NCBI GenBank assembly: GCA_043228905.1
Contig: JBHGNT010000017.1
Coordinates: forward strand, 8,432,001 to 8,496,000
DNA: 64,000 nt
Source: Azolla caroliniana
Taxonomy: Eukaryota > Plantae > Polypodiophyta
Direction: 5' to 3'
A program made the position numbers and the translations under genes. Positions 11,301 through 24,205 of the stretch are shown here, piece after piece (positions within the stretch are counted from its first letter, which is position 1; each line of letters begins with the position of its first letter). The notes under the pieces were generated by a model. It did no database searches. It was not told the DNA's origin and saw nothing but the letters and a program-made list of their open reading frames with translations.

Positions 11301-14300
11301 GAGAATCGGCAAGCAGTCTGTCTCAATTATCACGTTCGTCCTGATTAGGTAGTCTTTGTTGGCCTTGACCGCCGAAACGATACCCTAGAGTTCGCGTTTA
11401 ACCTGGGCGTACCCTTGTTGTCGTTCACTGAGGACTTTCGCGCCGAGCCGGATGGGGAACCTCGTGTCATTCTCATCCTCCTGGTTGATCACCCATCCGA
11501 TTCTGGTCGAACTCATGTCTACGGTCACGTAAATCGGAATGTCTTTACCGTAGACCGCTTTCGGGAGTGCCAGTGGCGCAACAAGTGCTTCTTTCATTTT
11601 CCGAACCGACTTCGTATGCTCCTCTCTCCACTTGAATTTATGCCCTTTCTTCAGCAATCCATAGAGTGGCTCCCTGACATGGGCGTAATGCGGGATCCAG
11701 ATATGGTAGAACGAGCATACTCCCAAGAATCTCCGGACTTCCGTGACCGAATTGTAGTCGCGCTTCATCGCGGAGATGGCCTCTACCTTAGCCGGCGACG
11801 GTTTCCGACCGAATGGCCCACATAGGTGTTTGACGACCATGATCTCTGATTGCCCGAAGGCCAATTTTTCCCCAGAGAAGGTGAGCCTCGCGCCCTCTAG
11901 TCTTTGCAGCACCTTCTCGCAGTCATCGACGTGGTCTGCCACGAATTTCCGGCATCCGTTCGGTCTGATTGTCTCGTCCTTATCCTCCATCGGGCATCCT
12001 TTGATCGGGATGTCGTCTAAGAATGGCATGGTGATTTCCGGGATACAATCCCTTAGCACTTTGTTCATTGCGTTCACCATGTGGGCTATCGAGTTCGTCC
12101 CTCGCAAAAGGGTACACATCCGTACTAGGCCGAGAGGAGTCCACATCGTCATAATGTCCCTGCTCTCCACGGGTAGCTAGAATTGATCATATCTCGAGTA
12201 CAGATCACCGACTGAGTAAATTGACCTTCTGGCGAAGGCCTCTACGAACTCGTCTATGGTTGGTCCGATTCTTGCGTTCTGAATGGTCACCTTGTTGACT
12301 GGTTGCAGGTCCTGAATGAAGTGCAGCGTGCCATTCTTCTTGGGCACGGTAAACCACCGATTAGAATACGAGGCACTCGACGGTTCGAGGATACCCATAT
12401 CCACCTTCTGTTTTAGCAGCTCCATCAGCTGTTTCATCCCCCGTCGTCCGACATTCAGATCCAGGGCCCTCCGAGTTTCACTAGCGTGTACCCGCCCATT
12501 CCACAGGTACACCACGTTGGCCCTTATCGCTTCGGCGAAGTTCCCGTAGTCCTTTCGGGCGTGGCCGACAACGTCGCACCACAAGCACCAATGGCCAACC
12601 GGAGGCCTTCGGTCACGGGCTTGTTCGCCGTCGTCCCTCCATGCCTATGCAATCTGGAGGTCCCTCACCATCTGAGTCAGCTCCTCCAGAGCCGCTCCTC
12701 CGGACGGGCCTTTGACCACGCTAGTCGAAGTCGAGCTAGTCTCGAGCCAGTCTCGGGTCTCCTCCCTTCGTGCCAGTTCGGGTACCTCAGGCTTCCTTGC
12801 CGCAACAGAGCCCGCCCCCGACGAGCCGTTTGTCGAAACAACCGCAAACTCTCTTCACCACGGCCCAGTCAGCCGTTAGCCCGTCATCGGTCTCCAGCAG
12901 GAGGCCCACTTGCTCCAGGCCCCTCACGTCCACCGATTTAACAAATAAAAAGACACGACTTGTGTCGAGTACGGTCCAGTCCAGCGTCGAAAGACGCGCG
13001 AAGCGTTCTTCAAATTCCCAAAGGAGCACCGACGCGTTTCTCCCCTTTTCAGGGGTCTCCACCCATTCCATGAAGCCCCGCTTCGATAGACGAAGTGCAT
13101 CATCAAGCCCATATTTCTCAACAAGAAGACCTTCAAACTCTTCCCAGGTCCGGCTCTCAGCCCGTACCTCGAGCACCTCCGCGTGGATGCCCGGCATTGC
13201 CACCCGAGGGAACCCGGCCAGTCGCCTGTATTCCGGAATGTCCCTCATCACCATTTTGGCTCGGTAGGCCTCCAAGTAGCTCATGGCGTCCTTTCCACCG
13301 AGCCGGCCTATCGTGTCGACGATTGCTTCAATAGCCCTATCGAGGGCGCCTGTGCCTTCACGCGCACTCACTAATCGATCTACAATTGAAGCCATGGCTT
13401 CTGCAAGCTCCATTCCCCTCATTTTTTCTATTCCTCTACCTCCTTTTCACGTCAGGTTCACCAAATAGGTCGCGTTGTTACACGCATGCGTATAGAACGA
13501 GGCGGGACCACAGGGGTCTTGGACCGAGGAATAACCGATCAGGAGTAGGAGCAAGAAAGACAACGGCCATGCTTCCACACACACACACACATAGATACAC
13601 AGAAACCACAACCGAATGAAACAACGGAAACAAGCCAAATGCGTATATGTATATATATATTTTGATGAAAAAGAGGTTACAACCGGTAGGCTGGTGAGCG
13701 ACAAATCTCCTACGCCTACGCACACAAAAGAGCGAGATGGAGACTCTACCGGAAGCACTCGGGTGTTCCGCGGAGCAGAGTTAGCCTCCCGAAAACTTGC
13801 ACAGAACAAATACAGAGAAAGAAGGAGGACAAGAGGTCGGTCCCAGTCAGCACTTCGTCCTCAACAAAACGCGATCCCTTTTACGATTCCTCTCCCTCCC
13901 TTTTATAGCCCAAGGAGGGAGGTTGTTACAACTTGTTACATCATCTTTATTCTCTATCCTTTTGGACAGAGATATGCTTCGATCTTCTACCTATCAAATC
14001 TGTGCGACCTAGGATATTCACATCAGCCGACTTGTACCTAAATATGTACATTACAACAAAACTTGTGCCCGCGTGTAAGGGTCGGTTCACGCATATCATT
14101 CTCCGATTCCGCCTAGGGACGGTTTTCTCCACAACAGTGTTCTACCACATCTGGATTCCACACTACGCACATGTCATGGAGCCGCTCTACGGGTTGTTGA
14201 AGAAAGGGTGCAAGTTCGAGTGGAGCAGGGAACATACAGAGTCGGTCCGGAGATTGAAACAAGCACTTACCATGGCACTGGCACTCCGGAAAGCGGTTTA

Positions 14301-16828
14301 CGGTGAGGTTCCGATTTACGTGACCATAGACATGAGCCCGACCGGGATATGATGGGTGATCAACCAAGAGGATGAGAATGGCACGAGGTTCGCCATCTGG
14401 TTCGGGGCGAAAGTACTTAGCGAGTGCCAGCGAGGATACCCCTAGGTTAAACGCGAACTCTGGGGTATCGTTTCAGCGGTCAAGGCCGACAAAGACTACT
14501 TGATCGGGACGAAGGTGATAATCGAGACAGAGTGCCTACCGATCCTCGGTATGGTTTCCGGATGCGCGATGTTGGACCTGGCGATGCTCAGGTGCATCAC
14601 GCACATTAGGTCCGTGAATCCAGAGATACGGCACATCTCCGAGAAGGATAATGCCATGGCCGATATGCTTTCGAGAGTGCGGTTTGATGACGAAGACGGC
14701 ATGGTTTCGGAGGACGAGGAAGTCAGCGTAGACTTCTTCGAGTCAGCTTACGTGACAAGGGAAGGGAGCACTCCGGCACTTAATGAGTTTGACGAGGGCG
14801 AGTATGACGGGGAGGGGCTCCAGATCGGTGGGTTCCTAAGATGATGACGATGGACGCGACGTGGATGAGAGAAGAGGCTAACCGGATTCGAAAGAAAGCG
14901 TACCAGTTCTTCCTATAGGATGGAAGCATATGGAAGCACCCGAAGGAGCGAGGCGGCATCCCACTCCGGGTAGTGGCGAAGAAGGAAGAGGAGGAGGCGT
15001 TGCTAACGGCGTATCACGAGAGTCCTTGGGCCGGACGTCACGGGACGTGGGCCACGTTCGAAAAGCTGAAGGAGAAGTATTGGTGGCCGGGATTGTACCA
15101 GGATGTTCATCAGCTCGTGACGACTTGTGGGAGCTGTCAGATGCATTCCATAGTCCGGCATCGGGACGAGCTGCACCCGACTTATCCGCCGACCATCCAC
15201 TTCAAGTGGATGGTGGACTTGGTGACGATGCCGATGGGGGTAGGGCAGATGCAGTACCTAGTGCTGGCAAGAGAGGATTTGACGAACCAAGTGGAGGGTT
15301 GGGCATTGCCGAACAAGACGACTGCAGTCGTGTGTCGGTTCCTAACTGAGGAAATGGTTTGTCGGTACGGGTGCGTGGGAAAGATCGTGGCTGACCGGGG
15401 GGAGCTGGATACGCAGGAAGCCAATGAGCTGTTCAGCCATCTACGGATTAAGCTTTCCCTCACTACGGTGTACAATCCGGAGGTGAACGGGAAGGTAGAG
15501 CGCGGGCACGGGCTGATTGTGAAGGCGTTAGTACAGGCTTGCGAAGGACAAGTCGGGAATTGGTTGCGGCTCCTACCTTACGCATTGTGGGCGGACTGAA
15601 CTACGCATAGTTCGGTAACCGGGTTCATGCCGGTACAACTGATGTATGGGCAGAAGCCGATCATGCCGATAGAGCGAACAATCTCCTCGTGGGCAGTGGT
15701 GGACTGGAGAGACGAGATGAGTCGGGAAGAGCTATTGGCGGTGTGGATTCGACAGCTCGAGCGAAGACCGGAGGACGTGGAGCAGGCAAAGGTGAAGCTG
15801 CATGCAGCAAGGGAAAGAAACAAAGGCCGGTTCGACCGAACGCACCGACTACGACCAAAGAAAATCGAGGAAGGCGACAGTGCTGGTGTACGACAGTAGC
15901 CTTGACAACCAGCACAGTGCGTAAGTTCGCGAGGAGGTGGTTCAGGCCCTACGTCGTAATGAGCGCGAACCACAACGGCACCTACCATCTTGCGGAGCTC
16001 GACGAGACACGGATAGCGGTGCTGGTAGCCGGGAAGAGGATCAAGGCCTTCAAGAAGCGGCATAAAGGCGAACCGGACCCGCCAAGCGAGGGTGACGGCA
16101 ATGACTGGACCGGAGCGGACAACGGTTCGGAGAGTGATGGGTGACCACAAGCCGGTTTTCTCTGGTATTTGTCCCTCTCCAGCGCATACCAGTGGATGCG
16201 GGGTTTGGTGGGGGTGGATGTCATGAAGAAAACCGGCCTTACACGCGGGCACAAGTATTGATAAGATGTACATAATTAGGAATAGGTCGGTTGATGGAAA
16301 TATACTAGGTAGTACACATTTATTAGCTAGGAAATCGATGTGTGTCTCTGTCTGAAGGGACAAAGAAAAAAGATGATGTATTCAGGATGTGACGGCCCTT
16401 CCCGGCAGCCTATAAAAGAAAAGGGAAATTGGTGGAAACAGCTATCGCATTTTGGGAGGATGAAGTGTTGTCGGACTGGGAACCGAGCACTCTTCTCTCT
16501 TTTTTTTCGTTGAGCTCTATAGGTTTTGGTCGGTTGCCTCTGCTCGAGGGAGAAGCCCGTGCGCTTCGACAGAGGCTCCACTGCGTGCTCTGTATGTGTG
16601 TGTGGGTGTTTGCGCATGGTCGCTCATCAGCTTGCCAGTTGTAATCTCGAAGAGCATTGTATTCGCCTAGTTGTCTTAATCGATTCCTTGCTTCTGAGTC
16701 CTCTGTGTATTTGTGTGTGTCTCGGCCCATTGTTTTGCCTTGCTCCTCCCTCTGTTTCGGGTATTCCTCGGTCCAGGGCTCCTACGGTCCCGCCTTAGTT
16801 TCCTATGCGAGAGTATAACAACACGACA
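8373..16828 (+). mobile_element. Gypsy family-A element, 5'-truncated (RT-RH-IN, 3' LTR 16219-16828), split by a nested insertion at 8960-14136
   Basis: RT (DLYSGY, LPQGGTNSV) continues across the insertion as RRFLGASAFYHIW. Integrase has the HHCC motif and NPEVNGKVERGH. The PPT ggtgggggtgga precedes an LTR TGTCAT...GACA. Confidence 0.9.
8960..14136 (-). mobile_element. Gypsy family-A element with both LTRs (8960-9631, 13468-14136), tRNA-Trp PBS, 4-bp TSD and an internal deletion of the protease region
   Basis: Two homologous ~670-bp LTRs. PBS TGGTGAACCTGACGTGA (13447-13463, reverse complement). Gag carries a CxxC-GH knuckle, RT has FLDD, and RH and IN are present. TSD gcgt/gtgt. Many stops and frameshifts. 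Confidence 0.92.
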
Positions 16829-18909
16829 ATGTAACCCCAAACATCGAATGGTTTTCTAACTATTTGATCGAAGCCAACGGCATAGTTTGACTAGTCAATG
16901 GGCAGGAATGCAGAATTGCAGGAATTGGCGAAGTACCAATTCAACTATCAAATGGCAACACAATAGTCCTGCACCAAGTTCAGCATGTACCCACACTAAA
17001 AAGGAGTCTAGTCTCCATCGCCATGTTAGCCGAAGACGGGTACAGAACGACTCTGAGCAAATCGACATGCATAATCAGTCGTGGAAACCTGAAAATTGGA
17101 AACAAACACAAGTACAACAACTTGTATCCAATAATGGCGATCAATCCACAAGGGGTCGTGAACGTAGCCGAAAAGACCGACCCGAACCTATGGCATGGCC
17201 GATTCGGCCATATGTCTCAAGCTGGCCTAGATCGGTTGGTGGCGGTTGGTTACATTCCAAAACTCCCAGCGAAGACGGACTTCTGCGAGCATTGTCGCTA
17301 CGGGAAACATACCCAAAGTCTGCACTCTCTTCACTATGAGATGGTACGACACCCCCTAGAGCTCGTGAAAATAGATATATGTGGGCCTATGCCTGAGAGA
17401 TCACTAGGAGGCTCCTGGTACTTCATCACGTTTCTAGATTATTGTACACGGAGTGTTTGGGCCTACTCGATTAGGTCGAAAGACAAAGTGCTCAAGGTCT
17501 TCTCTCGGTGGATAATTGAAGTGAAGAACTGGTCAAGATACAGAGTGAAGACACTCCGATCCAACAATGGAGGAGAATACAACTCCCGAGCCTTCAAACA
17601 GTACATGAACGACATCAAAAGACCGTTCCTTACACACCCATGTTGAATGGAGAGGCCGAATGGATCAACCGAACGATCCAGGAGAGGGTGACGGCAATGC
17701 TCCAACAAGTTGGATTGAAGTTGGAGTTCTAGGCCGAAGCATTACAAAAGGCAGTATATCTGATCAATTTGTCGCTGTCAAAAGCAATCAGGCTTGAAGT
17801 GCCATAGGCACTATGGTCAGGCAAACAACCGACCTACGATAGGCTTTGTATATTCAGATGCAAAGCCTACTCATTCATTCCTATGGAGAAAAGGACCAAT
17901 TTGGCACCCCATGCAACCAAATGCATATTTCTCAGTTATGAAACCGATGGGGGATTCAGCTACAGGCTATGGAACCCATAGAACTGGAAATTAATCTGGA
18001 GTAGTGACGTAGTCTTCAATGAAGACTCTATTCTCTCTACAAGGAACCAACAGAAGATAGTTGGTAAGAAGGTCTCCTTCAAAGTCGATAGAGACATCAT
18101 AGAATGACCGACCCACCGGGTCGACTTAGAGATTTGACAAACAAATGAACTCGACCAAGCCAACGACACACCCGCCGACTCTAAATCGGTAGGAGGTCTA
18201 CTACTCGAACTCAAAGACAAAGCCATCAAAGGCAAAGTCAACAGGTGTGAGCCGTCCCACCCAAGGCCAAAGGGAAAACTAGAACCGAGTCGACTAAGTC
18301 TTCTACCTCTAAGTCAACTGATCCCAAAGAAGGGGAGGATGCAATGACATCACCGAAATCCTACTACAAGGGTGAGTCATCTAACAGGACTCCTGAAAAC
18401 GGTTCAAGCAATACCGATCGGCTGATCGAGTCGACTGAAGAAATCGAACCGGCAAAATTGGCACTCAGGAGATCCACACAAGTGAGAAGGCCAACGGAGT
18501 TCTACCAATCGGGCCTCGAATACGTCAACTACACCTATGCAAGTGAACCAAGCACATACAAAGAAGCTATAGTTGCACCGGATGCCGATACATGGATACA
18601 AGCCATGCAATTCGAGATGGACTCGATTCGATAGAATTAAACATGGGAGCTGGTTGAACTACTAGCAGGAAGAAAGCTGCTACCTTGCAAATGGGTATTC
18701 CGATACAAATATGTATTTGATTTAGAGAACCCCAAATACAAAGCTCGGCTCGTCGCTAAGGGGTTAATACAGGAGCATGGGGTCGACTACGACGAGATAT
18801 TCTCACTAGTAGTCAAGATGACCACCCTTTGGCTTCTCCTAGGGGTCGTGGCAACAACTGACCTAGAGCTCAAGTAGATGGACGTAAAGACGGCGTTCCT
18901 ACACGGAGA

Positions 18910-19748
18910 TGTTGAGTATTCGACGTTCCTTATGTCCGACGCTCGGCCACAACCGAGATTCTTTTCATACACAGAAAAACAGGTAATGAAACGCGACACA
19001 AAGGGGAGAAATGGTACACAGGAGGTTTACGTGGAAAACCCCAAAATAGGGGAAAAACCACGGCAGCCCACAGGCTGCAAACTATCACTATGTAGGAATA
19101 TACAACAGTGAGTTCACTGAGGCGACGACCTCGTGCTCTCAGATCTTCGCCAGAGGCGGCGGTTACAACAGAGGCAACGACCTCGTCTCTCTCTCTCTCT
19201 CTCTCTGTATAGTTACGCGCTCTCGCTTCTTCTTGCACCAACAAGGAAGAATCACAACAACAAAAACGACACACCTAAAAGTTTGCCCTAAGTCATATTT
19301 ATACTCATATGACTTTTCAGCTATTTACAAATGTAGCCTCGATGGGCTCTCAGAAACATATTTACGAATATGTCTCTTCCTCCGGTTCATACCGGGCCTG
19401 CACCATCCGGCTCTCCGTAGTCGGGTACTCCCCATCCGGTTCATACCGGGCCTACACCATCCGGCTCTCCGCAGTCGGGTACTCCCCATCCGATTCATAC
19501 CGGGCCTACACCATCCGGCTCTCCGCAGTCGGGTACTCCCCATCCGGTTCATACCGGGCCTACACCATCCGGCTCTCCACAGTCGGGTACTCCCCATCCG
19601 GTTCATACCGGGCCTACACCATCCGGCTCTCCGCAGTCGGGTACTCCCCATCCGGTTCATACCGGGCCTACACCTATCGGCCTCGGCCGAGTTTGTTCGT
19701 CGGCACTGTTCTTCTCCCTTCCCATCCGAAGGGACCTGTTTCCCAACA
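18910..19748. mobile_element. Solo LTR (family 'LTR-H') inserted in the Copia RT
   Basis: Termini TGTTG...CAACA with a perfect 5-bp TSD ggaga (18905-18909 and 19749-19753). The host RT reads FLHG|DMEEDIY across it. Confidence 0.95.
19381..19673. repeat. 54-bp GC-rich minisatellite, ~5.4 copies, inside the solo LTR
   Basis: The unit tccggttcataccgggcctacaccatccggctctccgcagtcgggtactcccca starts at 19381, 19435, 19489, 19543, 19597 and 19651. Confidence 0.97.
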
Positions 19749-21489
19749 GGAGATATGGAAGAAGACATTTACATGTCTCAATCGGCAAGCTTCACGGCGA
19801 CGGGGGAGGAAGGTCACCTCGTATGTCGATTGAAGAAAAGCCTTTACAGCTTAAAACAAGCGACAAGGATGTGGTACCAGAAGTTCGACTCCTACATCCG
19901 ACAACTTGACTACAGTCGGTCCGACTCTTACCCATGTCTATATGTTTGACAACTGGTCAACAACTCCTGAATCCATCTAATCCTATACGTCGACAACATG
20001 CTAATTGTAGGGAGCAATCAAGCTGAAATTGGAAAGTTAAAGTGGAGTCTTCATGACAAGTTTTCAATGAAGGAACTTGGACAAGCCCGACACATACTAG
20101 GCATGAGAATAGAGCGGAATCGGAATACAAAGACTCTTCGACTCTCCTAGTCTGACTACATACGAAAGGTGCTGAGACGCTTCAACATGGAAATTTCCAA
20201 GCCAGCACCAATACTGCTTCCAATGTTGATCTGACTATCGGATAGAGACTCTCCTTCGACGGACGAGGAGAAAGAGTTTAATGGAAAGATACCCTACGCA
20301 TCGGCCGTAAGGAGTATCATGTACACAATTCTAGTGACTCAACCCGACCTTGCCTATGTCGTAGGGGTCGTTAGCCGGTACATGTCAAATCCAGGATGGA
20401 AGCATTGGGAGGCCGTCAAGCACATCTTCAGGTACCTAAAAGGAACTGAAGATGCACAATTGACTTTTGGATCGGCAAATCCGACCGAAGTCGAAGGCTA
20501 CACCGACTTTGACTACGCCGGGAATTCGGACAATAAGAAGTCAACATCAGGCTACATATTCACCTATGGTGGCAGTGCCATATCATGGAGGTCAAAGTTG
20601 CAAGAGTGCATGGCTCTATCTACATAGCAGCATCAGAGGCAATGAAGGAAGCAATCTGTCTGCACTAGCAGTCATCTGCCTTCTAAATGACAAGTCCAAT
20701 CGACCATCCAACGCCAACCATCTACTATGACTCACAAAGCGCAATACATCTCATCAACAATCTTGTCTATCATGTGAAGATAAAGCATATTGAGGTGTGG
20801 TATCATCATATCTGGGAGCTTGTAACCGAGAAGAAGCTCGAAGTCCGGAAGATCAACTCTGAGGTGAACATTGTCAATTGCCTAACGAAGCCACTCCCAG
20901 ATCAATGCTTCAAAGCACTGAAGACAAAGGTGGGATGATGACAAATGACTGAGCAGAAGAAAGTTGAACAAGGAGTAGAAGTAACTAGAAGATCCGACCG
21001 ATTCAAACAAGCCAATTCGGATGACTAGCCGAATTAGGCTAGATACCGACTTTATATCCGCGGACTGGCTATATGCCGAACAACTTGTAACCATAACTTT
21101 AGATTTAAATTGTAATCTAGGTTTATGGGGGAGATAACCCCATACAATTGTAAGCAGAAAGAGCAGTCCTTTTACGAGGGAGTGTGTTGGCATGAAAGGC
21201 TGACTCCTTCCACTTTGTATCCTTACTAGTGTGAACACGTCCAATAGTTAGGGCTTGAGTATATAAGCCCTAACCTAACGTTGTAATATTATCTTCTTGA
21301 TTATCTTGTATCATGAGTCTCTGAGAGAGAGAGAGAGAGAGAGAACAACGAATAACGAGAATTACCATTAAAGATTAACATCTTGTCTATCTACTCCTTA
21401 AGCTACATATCTGTGTATGTTGTTTGTTGTGCATAACCGACAAGTCCTCACATACATACTCAGCACATATTCGAACACCATATCTCACA

Positions 21490-21935
21490 ATCCACCCCCA
21501 CCAAACCGCACATCCTCCGGCACGTTCCAAGCAGCAAAGGGGTGGGGATTCCAGCTCAGTCTTCACTCATCCTCTCCCGAACCATCATCGATCTAGTCCT
21601 CATCCGATTCCTCGCCCTCATCGGCACTTTCGACCTCTACCTCCGGGTTTGGTTCCGATTTGTGTTGCTTCTTGAATGCGTTGATCCATTTTTCTGCAAT
21701 CAACACCGCAATCCTCCTCCCGTCGAGCTCGGCCAGATGGTACGTCACGTTGTTGTTGGCGGTCTTCACCACGTAAGGCCTAAACCACCGCTTTGCAAAC
21801 TTCTGGGTCGACCGATGTTGGTTGTCGAGGTTGTTATTGTATATAAGCACCTAATTGCCTTCTTCGATCTTCTTCAGCTGGAATCAGTGTGTCCGGTCAA
21901 ATTGCCCTTTGCTCCTCAGTCATGCCACGTATAGC
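21490..21935 (-). mobile_element. Gypsy family-A integrase tail and PPT fragment
   Basis: The ORF 21593-21850 (KFAKRWFRPYVV...YHLAELDG) is homologous to 9705-10067. The reverse-complement PPT tccaccccc lies at ~21491. Confidence 0.85.
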
Positions 21936-21939
21936 TTTG

Positions 21940-22640
21940 GGGCCCGACCTAGTAGCTTAAGATTTCGAAACCAAATTATTTTTGCAACAACACATTCCCA
22001 AAATACATGATGCAATGACTCACGTACAAAGCCACACATAACGCATGACCGATCAGTTACATATCCCCTCATCAAATCACCTACTCACAACACATAATGA
22101 ATCATCAACTAACGAAAGTGTAATATCTTGTTCATACATTTAGTTGAACAAAATTGTTTCCAAAACATCATCATATGAGAAGATGAGACAATACCTTCCT
22201 CCAAATACTTTTTCCTAGCAGGTACTGACTCGGTCTGACTCAACAAAAAGTTTCTCCCGAATGTTGTCGAATATGTGAAGAATGGAAGGACCTTAGTAGA
22301 ATTATTAAGCATGGATAATTTCCAACCATAATCCGTTGGATCCCACTGCAGATCAGCAAGTGGCCTACAATGTAAAACCCAAATATGAGATGAATACTTA
22401 GCAATTAAGGGACTCGGGTCAATAAACAATTTTTTATCCAATCTAACAATTACTCGCACTAGTAACTGCTTTGCAGCGGACATAATTGGAGACTCGTCAT
22501 CTACTAATACCAACCTATCATTATCCAACACTTCATAAAAGTAGAGGTTGCCATTTTGATGATATAAACGAACTCCTATAAGTATATTAAGTGTCGAAAA
22601 CATGTCGTACCAGCTCTGAAAATGATCGAACTGCAAAATT
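21940..22640 (-). mobile_element. LINE ORF2 C-terminal (zf-RVT region) fragment
   Basis: The ORF 22109-22636 ends FWKQFC..KILHFR, and the - strand continues C-x-x-C...ESLHHVFWECVVAKIIW. Confidence 0.65.
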
Positions 22641-22642
22641 GT

Positions 22643-23469
22643 TTGCCTCAGAGTCTCTTATTGTATTCCTCTCGATATAATGATTGTTTTTGGAATTTTT
22701 TGACTCTCGTGGTTTTTCCCTTTTAGGGTTTTCCACATTAAATATTGTTTCTCATTGACTTGTGTATTCTCTCTATTTTTGTTGTTGTCATTCAATTTCT
22801 TGTTATTCTCTCATTGTTGTTTGAGAATCGATTGTGGCCGATTCCACATATACATATCAGGCAATACCATGTGTAGAGGTAGAAATGAGTGATGGTGGAT
22901 ATAAACAAAAACAATGGGGGGAAGGAGGAGCAAGGATCAAACAAGAATACTAGTAACATGAGGATATGACAAACGTTTCCTTAGTGATTGATCGTGCATA
23001 ATGGGGCATTCAATCAACCTAAGATTTTGTTATATTATAAATAAACTAACATTACTATTTATGGTACATTTATTTATGCCCTAATTTGATATCACATTTG
23101 GATAATGACCATATCTGAGGCCAAATAACATATAGTTTTTTTAACATTTAATAACATATAGTTTTTTAACCTTTAATAACATATATGGAGACGAATAATT
23201 GTTATTATTCCCATGCTTCCCCCTCAACAGAATTATTCCACTTAAAATTCACCATTCTTCATGTGTTCAACATTTGGTTATCTCATGACATGAAGTGCTC
23301 TCCTTATTTGTATGGGCACCATCATCTAATAGAGAGTATTATAATCCATTGCAAAAATAATCACTTATGCCTTCTCAATCATTATGTTGACTTGGAAAGG
23401 AAAGATTGTGCTAGATTTGTTTAATCACTTCTTTCATTTAGGGATAAAAGAGGTGGGAGACGTAGTTGA
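22643..23469 (+). repeat. Left copy of an ~820-bp direct segmental duplication (partner 42221-43030)
   Basis: Near-colinear from ttgcctcagagtctc to gtagttga. The ORFs 23185-23424 and 42743-42985 are near-identical. Confidence 0.95.
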
Positions 23470-23815
23470 TGTGAAGAATTGCGCAGAATATTGCTCAGCC
23501 ACAACCGACTCTTGAATCACAGAAATGGGAAGTAGAGAGTACACATAATATTTATGTGGAAAACCCTAATAGGGAAACACCACGGGAGCCCACGGACTCC
23601 AACTATCACTATATGAGAGGAAATACAAAGTAGAGGTACAGAGGCAACGACCTCGTGCTTTATATCTTCGCCAGACGGTCGTTACAACAGAAAGTGCTCG
23701 TAGCTACTCTCTCTGTCATGAACAGTACTGAGACAGAGAAGGAATTAGTACTAAACGAAGGATTAGTACTATGAGAGGTGTGGAACTTCTTCGAGAGAAG
23801 GAAGAAGTGAGCGAG

Positions 23816-23918
<103 letters not shown>

Positions 23919-24143
23919 TGATAAGAAAGATATGTATTATATGAAGAGAATATACAATGGTGGCTAAAAGGCTTAAGACTGGCATTGAACCAATTTGGTT
24001 CAACATAATGCCTAGTGCCCTCTTTTATAGTGTTTTCAGGAGTAATCCTGAAGCTTCTAGAATGTTCCAGAGAAATCTGGAATATACAATAATTTCCTAT
24101 AATAAAATGTAAATGAAAATAATATCCTACGTATTACAATAGA

Positions 24144-24197
24144 TGGTCTAATGGTCAAGAGCTCGACCCATATAACCTAAGGTCATGGGTTCGAGTC
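24144..24197 (+). promoter_or_regulatory. tRNA-like Pol III type-2 promoter (A box + B box) in the LTR; further copies at 29398-29451 and 4066-4119
   Basis: A box TGGTCTAATGG and B box GGTTCGAGTC start 44 nt apart, the U8-to-G52 spacing of tRNA genes. Confidence 0.65.
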
Positions 24198-24205
24198 TTG
24201 CCATA

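Larger units (their letters stand above)
16829..21430 (+). mobile_element. Degenerate Copia element (protease region, GAG-pre-integrase, IN, RT, RH, partial 3' LTR from ~21185)
   Basis: Motifs LWHGRFGHMS..CEHC, DICGP, MDVKTAFLHGD, EGYTDFDYAG and KHIEVWYH. The PPT gagggag precedes tgttgg. Confidence 0.9.

Noticed and set aside
19233-19949. 238-aa ORF with 18-aa repeats fused to RT sequence
   Set aside because: A chance read-through from the 54-bp minisatellite of a solo LTR into the host Copia RT, with no proper start.
23185-23424. Duplicated 79-80 aa ORF (also 42743-42985) as a small gene family
   Set aside because: The similarity is explained by the segmental duplication, and no motif or splice structure is recognisable.
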